A stretch of DNA of 63,995 nt, the filler included, from Porpidia crustulata (Eukaryota): the NCBI GenBank assembly GCA_964255105.1. It is 8 parts of 8 records of this genome, joined end to end, with 100 filler letters (N's around TTAATTAATTAA, not from the genome) between each part and the next. Parts side by side here need not be neighbours in the genome. Positions count along the whole stretch, not along the records: positions 1 to 8,003 come from CAXUWE010001200.1; positions 8,104 to 16,095 come from CAXUWE010001201.1; 6 more parts are not named here. One strand, given 5' to 3'. The notes below the pieces were generated by a model. The model ran no database searches and was not told the DNA's origin. It was given only the letters and a program-made list of their open reading frames with translations. Of this stretch, positions 1-11,484 are shown in pieces (position 1 is the stretch's first letter; each line of letters begins with the position of its first letter). The position numbers and the translations under genes were made by a program.

Positions 1-725
1 GGTCAGTGGAGAAGGGGTTGGGGCTTACGGGGGTCGGTAAACCAGACATCGCCGTTGGGGTGAACGAAGAGATCGTCCACGGTGTTGAAGTAGCCCCCGA
101 AATAGTTGTTCAGCAACGTGGTGGTTTTATTTGTAGCCGGGTCAAGCGTTCTGATTCCAGCCCTTTGCTCTGTGCCATCGATGCTGGAATTTCCTCCAGA
201 CGCTCCCCAGTAAATTAGTCCATTGTGGAAGGTACCGCCATTAGGGGCGTACACCGGTGGATCGGATAAGTATTCTGACAACGTGGGTGGGTTTTGGTTA
301 AGATCAACGACCAATTGCGGAAGGAAGCCTACAGGAGGAGAGAGCTGAGATAGAAACAGCTTGTTCAGCGAGGGCACATAGACTGGGCCTTCATGAACAG
401 CACCGTTCACATGAAAAATGTACTCGTAGCTCGGATTAGACCCCAAAAGTTCCAGTCCACGTTTACGGTCGAATACCAGGAAATCGGCATTGCTGACCTG
501 CTCAAAGGACGTGTCATTAGGCACAGAGGTGGACCCGAAAGTGGGCCGAAATGTTGTGTTGGCAACTGTTCGAAGAAAGTGATAGGGCATCACTGAGGCA
601 TACTTGCTGACACAAAGGACGTTTGGGAGAGATGTACTGCATAGCTGGGTGAGGGAATGAACCACTCCGGTCTGAGCAATGGCTAGACCAGAGGAGACAG
701 CTCCAGCAATGAGAATGACTCGCAT
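1..725 (-). CDS. Secreted SMP-30/gluconolactonase (lactonohydrolase-like six-bladed beta-propeller); 3' part runs off the window
   Basis: Signal peptide MRVILIAGAVSSGLAIA. Family motifs VHEGPVY, PNGGT, LLNNYFGGYFNTVDDL and VWFTDP. Exon ends at 29 with a GTAAGC donor, and a CTGAC branch motif lies at 2-6. Confidence 0.85.
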
Positions 726-1270
726 GACTGTCGCCCAAACTTGATAAAGGAAAGTCCATCAAGGCATCAACAGATGAGAAGATTTCAATCAGAAAAAGAA
801 ATTGTCTGCGCATTTCGCTTGGCCATTTCCACATCGATTTCAGAGACGGGGCTGCAGTATACCTCAAGAAGAGGGGTTGGTTCCGGAAAGTCCGGAAGCT
901 GCATACAGCGAGTGCATAGGTGCTCGGGCTTAGTACTTCGTCGAGTCACTTATGTTTTGAGTTGCGCCTAAACGCTCTGTGGGTGCTTCCAGGCCTGATA
1001 TGTAAGGGTGCTAGTCTGTTTCTTGGCTCGAGAATTGTCAAATTAGGCAATCAGAGCGAAGGACAGGTCTCCTTTCGAGATGGAAAGATTCAACATTGTT
1101 GTTGAAAGGTGCCAGCTCCAATAGCCTGGGGAGCAGTCCTGAGATTTGTCTCGCCCACATCCAATTTCGATTGTAAGGTGGGGAGAACGACGTAAAAAAT
1201 CGGTAGTCGTAGATTGCCATGCATGTAGACAAAGAAATTGAAAATCTCCCCCGTGAACAGGACTGTAAGA

Positions 1271-1900
1271 TCAGTGTCTGGCTTGTAGAATGTTGATGTC
1301 CTTAATACCACTATCTCCCGCTTTATTGTTCAAACTTGATCCGTTGATCGTTCCATCTTGATTCTCTTCCCCAATGAGCTTTTTGATGATCCTGGTCTTT
1401 CCCTCTGCCCTCTTGAAACGGTCGTCGAATTCAGACACAGACGCTTCGCTGTTAGCCACGGAAAGACTAGACGGCTCCACTAGAGCATATAGAGTTCGAA
1501 TATGTTTTTCTAGGCGGGAGTTGTCTGGTATCGACGGCAGGTCGTCTGGTGTCTTTTGATCCCATACGTGGGACCCAGCAGCTTTGTCTTGCCCGTCCTG
1601 CGCCCCATCCGACGAGCACAGCCCTAAGATTTGGTCTGGCTTTTCTTCATTGCAATTCTTATGGCATAATGGTCTTCCACCTTGATGGTCTTGGGAAGAG
1701 GCTGGTAGTCTTCCAGCCCAGACAACCGATCTACCGTGCAACATCCCCATAGCAGCGTACTTCTCAAACCCTTTCTCGAGGCCAAAGATGCGGCCTTCGA
1801 TGAGGCCTGCTCGTCTGCCATCCTCGACGCCTAGACTGTGCCCTTCATCGTAGAATTTATCCTCAAGCTTGAGCAAGCTATCAAATAGGTCTTCCGCCAT
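1271..1900 (-). CDS. Yae1_N/DUF1715 family protein, LTO1(ORAOV1)-like
   Basis: ATG at 1900 gives MAEDLFDSLLKLEDKFYDEGHSLGVEDGRRAGLIEGRIFGLEKGFEK, which has the repeated GxxxG spacing of the family. C-terminal RLEKHIRTLYALV...DDRFKRA. Confidence 0.8.
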   Translation of the reverse strand: MAEDLFDSLLKLEDKFYDEGHSLGVEDGRRAGLIEGRIFGLEKGFEKYAAMGMLHGRSVVWAGRLPASSQDHQGGRPLCHKNCNEEKPDQILGLCSSDGAQDGQDKAAGSHVWDQKTPDDLPSIPDNSRLEKHIRTLYALVEPSSLSVANSEASVSEFDDRFKRAEGKTRIIKKLIGEENQDGTINGSSLNNKAGDSGIKDINILQARH

Positions 1901-1997
1901 TCCTCCACGGCTGATATCCGCCGAGTGGATTATAATGATGTGCACATAGGCAGCAAATGAAAGTAAGATTAAGTTCAGGTTCGACAACTGTATTGAA

Positions 1998-2074
1998 TCA
2001 CAAGTCACAAATCACAAGTCACAAATCACAAGTCACAAATCACAAGTCACAAATCACAAGTCACAATTCACAAA
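1998..2074. repeat. Minisatellite of 11 heptamers TCACAA(G/A/T) with a 14-bp higher-order period (TCACAAG-TCACAAA)
   Basis: Read directly from the sequence; lies about 100 bp upstream of the LTO1-like start codon. Confidence 0.97.
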
Positions 2075-2379
2075 TCTGGGACATGAGATGACTAAGATCC
2101 ACTTCGTCACACGTAGTAGAATAATATAGAGATGTTCGGCGACTGGAAAGTCTAGGGGCGTGTAGGATGTATCTCTGGTATTGAGTACAACATGATAACG
2201 TTGCTATATCTAGATATTTACAATGCTTACGCTTCCTTAAATTATACTCGATGGATCTTGGACGATCGTCTCAACCCCCACCTGAGTATGCCCATTACTT
2301 TCGCAACGTCCTCCCGTTTTACCCTTCTCTCTAAATATCTCTTTATTTTCCGTATCTGGCCTTGCATATATCTCTCATC

Positions 2380-4871
2380 TCAAACCCCGGATTCGCCCCT
2401 CTTCGCGAGTAAATTCAATGCACTCCCCGCCAAGATGAAGCCCGCTTGGTCTTTGCTGATAGTATGCCGCGTTCGCACCAGCACCTCTCCTCCACCATTC
2501 TTGTCCACCTCTACCATCACATCACCTTTACCACCACTGCTCAACGCATCGTACAAACCAATTGTACTGACCACATCCCCAGCAACGATTTTGTCATAAT
2601 CCTCGGCATTCTCAAATGTCAGGGGAACAACGCCCTGTTTCTTCAAATTTGTCTCATGTATCCGAGCGAAAGATTTAGCAAGCACGATTCTGCAACCTAG
2701 ATACCGCGGCTGCAAGGCAGCGTGCTCTCGCGCGCTTCCCTCGCCGTAGTTACTCTCAGCGACAACAATCCACTCCTTTCCTTGGGATTTCCATTTCTTC
2801 GCAAGTTCTGGGATACCACTCTGGGGACTTCCCGGCTCAAAATGGTCGTAAGCAACGTTGGTCTCGCCAGTCTCGGCGTTGACAGCGCCAATGAGGGTGT
2901 TTGCGCTGATGTTGGGTAGGTGACCTTTGTATTTTAGCCAAGGGCCGGCAGCAGAGATGGTATCGGTCGTGCATTGGCCTTTGACCTTATACAGAACGCG
3001 AAGGTTCTTGAAGTCAGCTTGTGGGAAGGGGGCAAAAGGCTCGAGGGCGGCAAGGCGGTCAGAGGTGGCAGAAATGATGACGGATGTGGAAGGGGAGGGA
3101 ACGCCGGGTGTGGGACTGAGAGATGCGAGACCTTGGGCGAAACCAGAAGCGGGAAGCTCTACACCCTGAGGTGGAGAGAAACGGAACGGAGCGCCAGAGG
3201 GAGTGGAAAGCGAATCGGTCAGAGGATTGAACGTGGTAGAGCCGGCATAGGACATCGCGGTGACGATCTCAGGGGAAGCTAGGAAGTTCATTGTGGCAGG
3301 GTTGCCGTCATTGCGGCCTTTGAAATTGCGGTTATAGGAGGAGAGAATTGCGTTCGAGGCTCCGCGGTGGATGCCATCAGTACGCTTCCATTGGCCAATG
3401 CAGGGACCGCACGCATTGGCGAGAACGGTTCCGCCTGCGGAGGAGAATGTATCGAGGGTCGAGTCGCGGGAAAGAGTGGCACGGATCTGCTCACTGCCAG
3501 GCGTGATAAAGAAATCGGCTTTTGGGGTAAGTCCGGCAGCAGAAGCTTGCTTGACAAGGTCTTCGGCTTTCGTCATATCTTGGTATGAGCTGTTGGTGCA
3601 ACTACCGATGAGACCGGCACCAAAGATCTTCGGCCAACGGTTGATTTGAACTGCTTCTTTGAATTTGGAAAGAGGTGTCGATAGATCCGGTGTAAAGGGG
3701 CCGTTGATATGAGGCTCAAGAGTGGAGAGGTCAATCGTGATTAGCTCATCGTAAGAAGCGTCCTTGTCAGCTCGGAGAAGATTTGTAGAATCAGTGAAAG
3801 AAGCAATATCTAGAGCAGTGATTGCTATAGGGGCTCTATGTGTTGATTGCAGGTATGGAACCATACTTTCCGCAAAAGGAAAGATCGACGTCGTGGCCCC
3901 TGCTTCAGCACCCATGTTGCATATCGTAGCCATACCCGTACAACTGATGGTCTTGACTCCATCACCAAAATATTCGATGACAAAACCAGTACCACCTCGT
4001 ACAGTTAGAATGCCCGCAAGTTTCATTATCACATCTTTTGGCGTAGCCCAGCCACTCAACTGACCATCCAACTTCACACCAAGAATCCTTGGAGCTTTCA
4101 ATTCCCATGGAGTATCGACCATAGCGTCCACAGCATCCGCTCCGCCTACACCGATGGCAATGGTCCCAAGTCCACCAGCATTCGGTGTGTGGCTGTCTGT
4201 CCCGAGCATCATTAAGCCGGGCGCGGCGTAATTCTCCAGGACGGTCTGATGGATAATGCCCGCCCCTGGTGGCCAGAACTCAATGCCATACTTCTTAGAC
4301 GCTGATTCTAGGAAATCAAACACCTCTTTATTGCCGGTAATTGACGCAGGTAGGTCAGCATCGGCCCCTCTTTCTCCCACAATCATATGATCACAATGAA
4401 TGCTAGTCGGAACCGCCGTAGATGGCAATCCGCAGGACATGAATTGCAGCAGAGCCATTTGCGCGGACGCGTCTTGCATAGCCACTCTATCAGGCTTGAG
4501 CTTGAGGTTTGCATTGCCCCTAATCTGAGCGCCGTTCTGAGTGTTCGAGAACAGAGATTCTTCGGGGTTGTCGAGGTGCGAATACAATATTTTTTCAGCA
4601 AGGGTCAGCTTACGACTAGCGCCTAAAAGCCTCCGGACCTCTCGCAGCTTTCCCAGTATTTTTGAGTATGATGGTGTTCGTGAGGCAATGTCCGGGTGGG
4701 TAGTAATTTTTGGTTTTGCTTCAGTAGCGAGAAACCGTCGCTGGGGGCCACCACCGTGGACAGCACTCCTGGCAATCTAGAAGCTATTAGTAGACACATT
4801 CCAAAAGGAATTGACTCCGAAAAAGTTGACACACTTACAGTAGCGCTGGGCTGGGTCCGCAACAATCGCAT
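2380..4871 (-). CDS. ACO2: Mitochondrial aconitase-family protein, ACO2/AcoB type; exons 4871-4839 and 4776-2380
   Basis: Presequence MRLLRTQPSAT|IARSAV...RRFLATEA across a GTAAGT..CTAAT..TAG intron. Motifs RVAMQDASAQMA, HCDH, GTDSHTPNAGGLG, IGSCTNSS, ANACGPCIGQW and YGEGSAREHAA. TMNFLASPE and LKYKGHL are Aco2-like rather than Aco1-like. Confidence 0.9.
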
Positions 4872-5329
4872 GGTAGATAAATGTGCTGGGGGACCGAAAT
4901 TTGGAGGAAAGTCGGCTATCCATCATCCTGGATATGAATAGTTAAGATATCTATCTAGTGTCAATATAAACTACATATATCCTACAGTCTCTTATGACCA
5001 GTGTTCGTTTGCCTAGAGATTCCATCAAGTATGGGAGCATTACAGCATTCAAGAAGTATAAACCGCAAGAGAAATTTAATCCTTCTTTCACTTGTTTAGA
5101 AATTATTATGCATTGTTATCATAGGCGACTATTAGATTTGAACCCTCTTACTTTCGAGTACCTTGAGTCTCACACATTAAGCTTGTGGCTGTAACACCTT
5201 CCGAAACCATACAATCAACCAGCTGTCTAGTGATTAGCGACATACAAACCGCTGAGAACATTTGTTCTTCAGCCATAGCTCTCGATGCAAGCTGGGCAGG
5301 ATTCAGCGGCATCAGAGACCGTTGTCGTA

Positions 5330-6074
5330 AAGAAATTTGAAAGGGACTGCGAAGGACTGCTCACCAGGGCAGTGGGGATTGATGGAATGGTCTCCATTGG
5401 TAGGTTGGTAGTAGGAGACCTTGGAAATAGAATGACTGTCGTGGCTGTGAACGAGCTAGATGCCGTTCATCAATTGGCGTTGAGGCAATAAACGTTATAG
5501 ACGTCTGCCCCAGTGAGTGTGAAGACTGGCCCAGCGCAATCTGATGCTGTTCGCGGCCCAGGAAGATGCAAAATTGTCTCCTCAAGGCCCAAAATATCCT
5601 CACTACTGAAATCCAGGTCAGACTATTTTTGATCGAATGGCCTCAACGGGCCGTAGATGCAAGTACACCGGCCAAGTGCGGATGATGGAATCAGACAGCC
5701 TGGCTGAATTTCGGTGAAGTCTGGCGAGCACGCCGAGGTAGGATAGAAGGTACTCTGATTGATACCAGCCGTGGTGGTGCTACATTGGTCCCGAATCCGT
5801 GAGCATCAATGCTGCAATGTCGCCTAGACAACAGCAGATCCGTATGAAAGACCGACGAAGATGACCTTGATGAACGATCTTCCAAGAATTGCTGCTCCCT
5901 AAATAAACACTAGCACTAAATTATGTAGGACAGCATCATGTTGATTGGTTTGCAACTACGTAACGGGATCAGTCTAGGTATTTATGATGGTCAGACTTCA
6001 TTCGTTTGGTTTTGATAGTACTGACCAGCCACGCTCAGAACAATCAGAATAATAAAATGGGCGAATAAAAGCAT
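5330..6074 (-). pseudogene. Degraded secreted alpha/beta-hydrolase relic (boundaries approximate)
   Basis: Fragments interrupted by stops and frameshifts: signal-like MLLFAHFIILIVLSVAG; DPVT*LQTNQHDAVLHNL...GRSFIKVIFVGLSYGS (GxSxG elbow); AALMLT/GFG; ASDCAGPVFTLTG. The order matches fungal AB-hydrolases. Confidence 0.45.
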
Positions 6075-6656
6075 TGCAACTGAGAATAGGACAGCTTCAA
6101 ACGTCTAAGCGGCAAAAATTGAACATATTCCAGTAGTTTTTGCCCACGTACCTAGACGGTGAAACCTCTTCTTGAAATTTCGTCAAGCCAGACGCTCATA
6201 CTTCACGACGCAGATAAACCTTTCTTGTCCTTCTGAAGTCGCTCATCTCTTCGTCTAGCCAACGAAGGGATACTGTTAGCTTGAACGACACTGAATATAA
6301 CGTGGCAAATTGTACGCAATTCAACGACTGTAGGTCGCCTGAGATGCTTTGCTGAAAACTCATGTTGAAGTCAAGTGTGGATACGGGCCACAAATGGAGT
6401 AATTAATTGGTACTAATAGGATTGTGAATCTTTGAAGTTGAAACGCCTGCAGATGCCCAGGAATCCCTACCATCGAGTAAAAGTCTATAATAACCTGCAC
6501 CCGTTTGCCAGGCCAATATGTAAGGAGGAGCACAGAATCGAAACATGGTATCGCGCTAGTTTCTGCCCAAGACGCTTTAAACTTCCCCCAGATCAATACT
6601 TCCAAAAATCCTCTATAGACATCCTGCAATAGCGATAGTAATATTGTAATAGAATC

Positions 6657-7474
6657 TTACAAGACCACAGCGAGACCAGCGATGGCAACGACAACAGCTG
6701 CGAAGGAACCGATGTTTTTTGTGGCGGCACCTGTAAACTTGGGGGGAGTTGTAGAGCCTCCAGGACCTTTGGTAGCAGATGGAACGATGGGTGAACCAGT
6801 AGCTGCGGGACTTGTTGCGGAACCAGCGCCTGAACCAGTGGGAACAGCGCTACCGGCTGCGAACCCGGTAGAGCCAGCGACACCAGTAGAGCTACCAACT
6901 GTTAGTCTTTTATGTGGATTGCATGAGCGTCATATATCGTCTTTACCTGAATGCTGACGTTTTCGTGCAAGAGCATACGGTGTCATAGTACGTTGAGGTG
7001 TAAGTAACGGGATATGGTGCTCCGGTCGCAGAGCCAGAGCCTGACCCAGAGACTGAACCAGATGCTGATGAAGAGCTGGAGCTTGAGACAGTAGAAGACC
7101 CAGATGAGGACGAAATAGCTGCATTGGTTGAATAAGTCGACGAGCAGAATATTGGGAGTTTTAACAAATTTCCACTTACAGACAGTCTTGCCAGCGTTTT
7201 TGCATATATTGACGTACGCGTCTGTAGCAGCCTGAGTGTTGTCACCACAGACCTTTTTTATGGCTGCCTGGACTTTGGAGGAGTCGCTTCCGCAAAGTGT
7301 AGGAAGATCAGCGGGATTCTGTTGAGTGCTGTATCATGAGTTAGAAGTGATATTTCGATCACGATTGTGGGTTTAATACTTTACAGCGGCCAGAAGGCAT
7401 GCTGGAGGAGCAGCAACAGCAACTTGCGTAGCAGCGGCAAAGAGCACAAGTAGGATAGTTGACTTTGCAAACAT
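6657..7474 (-). CDS. GPI-anchored Ser/Thr/Gly-rich cell-wall protein with a small Cys-containing N-terminal domain (4 exons)
   Basis: Spliced product MFAKSTILLVLFAAATQVAVAAPPACLLAAVN|TQQNPADLPTLCG...C...C, then an S/T/G-rich stalk and the C-terminal FTGAATKNIGSFAAVVVAIAGLAVVL* GPI-type signal. Confidence 0.85.
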
Positions 7475-8003
7475 TATGGAAAGTTGAAAAGCGTTTGGTT
7501 CAAGTTGTTCAGTTGGAAATCTGGAGGTATAAGAGCGAGCGTAGTTGATAGAAAGAAAAGAGCGCGTGCGAAATAAAGGCTTTGTGCTAAAGAGCGACTG
7601 TGGTCAATTAAAAGATTGATGGGGTGAAAGGTGGATGAAGATGTTAGGTGTCAGGGCCCGGAAGAGACGAAGTGAGGAAATTTGCCAACGAAACGGCCCC
7701 TGGGGTGTCTCAGGAGAAAGCGCGCTAAAAACAGCCCTTGTTGACTAAGAAGCACACACCAAAAACAAGGGTCAGATCTCGGAGAACAGGGTTCTGAGGG
7801 TGGAAGCGGATATGGTATTATCTAGGAGCCATTTGGCCATTAAATAGCTATGAATAATGACTAAGCAAAGCACCCAGCTCCACATGTTGTGCCTGCGTTA
7901 GCGCAACTGTGTAATCAAAAATAGCACGGCGTGCCGCCTTATATTGACAAGGATCCCATTATTCGTACACCCCATCTTCCTAGATATACACCCCAAATTT
8001 CTT

Positions 8004-8103
8004 NNNNNNNNNNNNNNNNNNNNNNNNNNNNNNNNNNNNNNNNNNNNTTAATTAATTAANNNNNNNNNNNNNNNNNNNNNNNNNNNNNNNNNNNNNNNNN
8101 NNN
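8004..8103. other. Artificial contig spacer (44N-TTAATTAATTAA-44N)
   Basis: Six-frame stop linker flanked by N runs, exactly 100 bp. Confidence 0.99.
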
Positions 8104-8635
8104 CATAGGCCTATGGCATTATCAGTAGGGCTGGGCCACCTCATGTGCACCCTTAACATGGAGTGACACAAAAAGGTAGAACATAACTGCAGTTGACGAA
8201 TTACTCGTTGCTTTAGACGCCGAGAATCTTCATGCTTTGGTTGAAGCAGGATACGAAGAGTTGCAACTAATTCCGGAAGTGAGTTCATACAGATTAAAGC
8301 GCAACGCAGTGTATTAACCACATTGGAGCACAGGAAAACCGCCAAGCTTTCCTCCGCGCTGCTCTCGTTCCAATTATTATCAATGGCCAATGATGTAATG
8401 TTGGGGAAGAAGATTGGTTGATCGAAATTCAGATAGAATAATCAACGAAGTTTGTATGAAGAATGTTACAGACAGGAGTTTGCGTACGTTTCTCAAGTTG
8501 AGTGGATGATGTTCTCAGGGGTCTTGGTATATAATTGCTGCCCCAATGTAGACTTGGCTCGTTTCACCCGCATACGGTCTGCGAACTTGATTCTTTTCGA
8601 ATGTCTGAATATAATTAATATGTACGTTCAGCCAT
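8104..8635 (-). pseudogene. Degraded hypothetical gene downstream of the DUF3723 gene, cut by the contig end
   Basis: Open helical-looking segment 8390-8104 (AIDNNWNESSAEESLAVFLCSNVVNTLRCAL...WPSPTDNAIGL). The upstream part is interrupted by stops. Confidence 0.3.
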
Positions 8636-8654
8636 TCCACTCTCCAACACTGGT

Positions 8655-10639
8655 TTAGCTAGATGGTAGCTCTTCAAGAAATGGTGTTCTATTATCCACT
8701 GTTTCGCAAGCCGTCATCTCGAGTTTAAGTGCGTCCAAATCCGCCATTGTTCAGTCTCTCGAGGCTGAACAAGTCTGCGCAGGATTCTCAAAGAAAACGA
8801 TGTTCTTCGACTTCAATGTAGTCTTATATAGTTCTTTCAGACCGACAGTACCCGGTCTTCCGGTCTGATCACTGCAATAGTACATACACCCTTTATGTCG
8901 TAGTACAAAATGTGTGAAAGCATTCTCACTGGATTCTATGCAGTGAAACCGGATCAAATCAAGGTCGTACAGCATGATGTGCTTAGACTGATCTTGAAGA
9001 TTCGTTTAGATGAAGGTTTGAAGAAGGTTACTTGGCAACATGGTATCTGGCAGAGACCCTTCCGAGCGATATTTGTGCGGCAGGTTTGCTGGTTTTTCAT
9101 TCCTGGGAGAGTGAGAAACAGGGCCAGTGGATATGTCGCCTCCGCCATTGGCAGATGACGTTACAGTCCCTACACGGGACACAGGTGCTGAATTGCCGAA
9201 AAAGGCGTGGAAGGTATCCTACTTGATCGCTAGAGAGGTAACGTTTCTTCGGCGTTGTCCAGTAACCTCAACAGTTTCCGAGTCATCATTATAAATCACC
9301 CCACGAAAAAGGAATTTACGGTCCAGTATGAATGATTGGTAAAACGGCCTACCGCAATGCTTCGAAAGTCTAAGGCTGCATTGAGCGTCGGAAGAGAATT
9401 CTGCGGTTGGGCGATGAATATCTCTGGGCTGTACGTCCAAGAGACTCTTGGAGATTCGTTGGACCTTAGAGTTAAGAACAGTCTCGTCAAACTGATAGAC
9501 ATCTGGTGGTCGAGCCTGATGAAGGAAATCGCAAATCATCTTTTCCTCTGGATTCTGAGTATAAATATGGCGAATTTGCTCGGACTCAAACCCGCCCTTC
9601 ACTACGAGCTCGCCAAACCGATGCTACCACTTCTTTGCCCCACCCGTGATGGCTTCCATTAGTCTTCCAGCGTCTTTCCTTAGTTGTGTGCCAGTCATTT
9701 CGGGGAAACGGCGCATGGCGAGAAGCCACAGCTGTTGATAGGCAACTTGAAAACATTCTTCCGCGCTGAGGGATAAAGAACTAAACGCCGTTTCGCTTTG
9801 TTGCTCCATGATTTGTGTCTGACCTGTATGCAGCCTTCGAAAAACCTGACAAACGGATCCTTTAAATCGTGGGGGTAAAAGTTTTTTCATGATCTTGGCA
9901 GGAGGTTCAATGTACTTTGTGTTTTCGATGAAGGTGTAGAGAGAGGGGATGAGATAAGGAATGACAGAAAGACGATGAAAGATATCTAGTCTCTGTTGCT
10001 TATCCGTGACGGCCGGGAATAGGACTCCATCTTGCATGCACTTTTCTATGAAGTGATAATCCTCAGAGGAAGTCAGTAAAGATCGGTCCTGAATGGTGTG
10101 CACCGTGTTAGCGTCAAGGTGGAGGTGTGATGCGCCGGTAGGATCGAGAATTTGTTCCCACGTTGTCTTGACTAATCCTAGACAGTTATATAGCTCCTGC
10201 TCATACTTTAGCAAAATGTAAGAAGCGTCGGCATCATATGAGTTATCGTCACCTCTGGACAGCGCAAGGTTAGCAGACGATGGAAAATACCGATCTGCAC
10301 TGGTGACCACAAGCCCATAAAGGGAAGTAATGCATCCAAGGCGTCTTGCAATGCGGCCAAAGTACCTGCTCTGGAGCCCGCCTGGTTCAGATTTCCAACC
10401 CCAACCGCGCTGCATACAGCGGTTCCAGTCCAGTAAATGATCTGTACAAGAAGTTCGTGACGGGTCCAGGGAGACAAGAACCGACGTCGTCGCAGCACGT
10501 ACAGATAGACGAAATGATTCAAGAGAAAGAATAGAGTACGTAGTCTCAAGAACCCCCACATCTTCGAGGTAATATTGTATAAGAGAGTAGTCGCTAAAAT
10601 GCCGCCAGCGGTGATAGCATAAATCTGTGTTGGGTCCAT
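8655..10639 (-). pseudogene. Chimeric pseudogene: N-terminal ~97 aa of a ferric-reductase-like membrane protein fused in frame to a DUF3723 protein
   Basis: MDPTQIYAITAGG...RRRRFLSPWTR...QAGSRAGTLAAL continues straight into QDALDALLPFMGLW...FHRLLTLRCPE. After intron 10252-10197 it reads ELYNCL...IPSLYTFIENTKYIEPPAKIMKKLL...FQVAYQQLWLLAMRRF...GFES...CGRPF...TSLAIK*DTFHAFFG. In-frame stops at 9624, 9219, 9006 and 8751. Confidence 0.75.
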
Positions 10640-10944
10640 GACAATTTGAATTGGGAACTCTCGAAGAGTTTGTACGTGGATGGTCGTTTTTCTAGTGCCT
10701 TCAGTATTCAGTTCTCAAATTTATTGAGGGCCCTGGGCCCTTGTTCTGCAGAACGTAAAGAAATCCAGGCGGGTACTGAAAGGAGGGCTCTGGATTCGTG
10801 ACGCTTTGGTCTATCATCGGCAGTCCCGCGCGACAAACGGATTGATGAGTGAGGTATTTTTAGCAGAAAGCGCTCAGCTTTCCTATATATTCTTCTGAGT
10901 CTCTATACAGCCTCTATACAGCCCGACAAAGATCTAGTCACATC

Positions 10945-11484
10945 ATGAAGACAACAGAAGAAAAGAAACCGAAATGCCCGCAGAGAATAGCACGAGAGAG
11001 ATTTCATGGAAGGAAGAATTGCCTATTTAAAAAGGCATACGAAGTCGGCAAAATGTATCAAACAGACGTCTATCTTGTACTTTATCGCAACCATCGATAC
11101 TACACCTACAGTTCGAGGGACGAAGCTTCTTGGCCGCCGTCCGATACACAGATCGTAGGTTATCTCTATAATTCTAGAGTATTTCTTTGACAATGCCAGG
11201 ATGAAAGCTTTCCTTTGCCGGATCGCAAAAAACCTTGTGATTTCATGGATAGGACGCAGTGCCAACATACCAATCCCAGTAGCTCGAAATCACCTACAAA
11301 GGCAGCAACAACAATGGTAGTAGAGGCGAAGTCTTCAGGAAAGGAGGACGATGGTCCCGAGGATGAACGGTGCGATCGGCAACAGCGGGAGCTCCAGTCA
11401 TATCGATGGCATATTCCGGAAGCACCAATCTTGCAAAAATCGCCAACGGAGACCCAGCTTACATGCACTTCCTTTCAGCTGTAA
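10945..11484 (+). CDS. Small SRF/MADS-box-like DNA-binding protein; exons 10945-11154 and 11200-11484
   Basis: RERFHGRKNCLFKKAYEVGKMYQTDVYLVLYRNHRYYTYSS matches the MADS pattern (F.KRK.GL.KKA.EL...C..DV.L). A GTAGGT..CAG intron joins WPPSDTQI to DESFPLP. TATA-like CTATATAT at 10883. Confidence 0.8.

Larger units (their letters stand above)
8104..11484. mobile_element. Probable internal remnant of a Starship-like giant transposon (DUF3723 + ferric-reductase fragment + MADS-like gene); extent unknown
   Basis: DUF3723 and this type of ferric reductase are established Starship-associated accessory genes. No DUF3435 tyrosine recombinase and no termini are visible in the window. Confidence 0.6.

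Noticed and set aside
8048..8059. TTAATTAATTAA palindrome recurring every ~8 kb as a biological repeat or array
   Set aside because: It is always centred in N runs and is a standard six-frame stop linker added during contig concatenation.
10901..10922. 11-bp tandem duplication CTCTATACAGC x2 in the MADS-like gene leader as a target-site duplication
   Set aside because: The copies are adjacent with nothing between them; simple slippage is enough to explain it.
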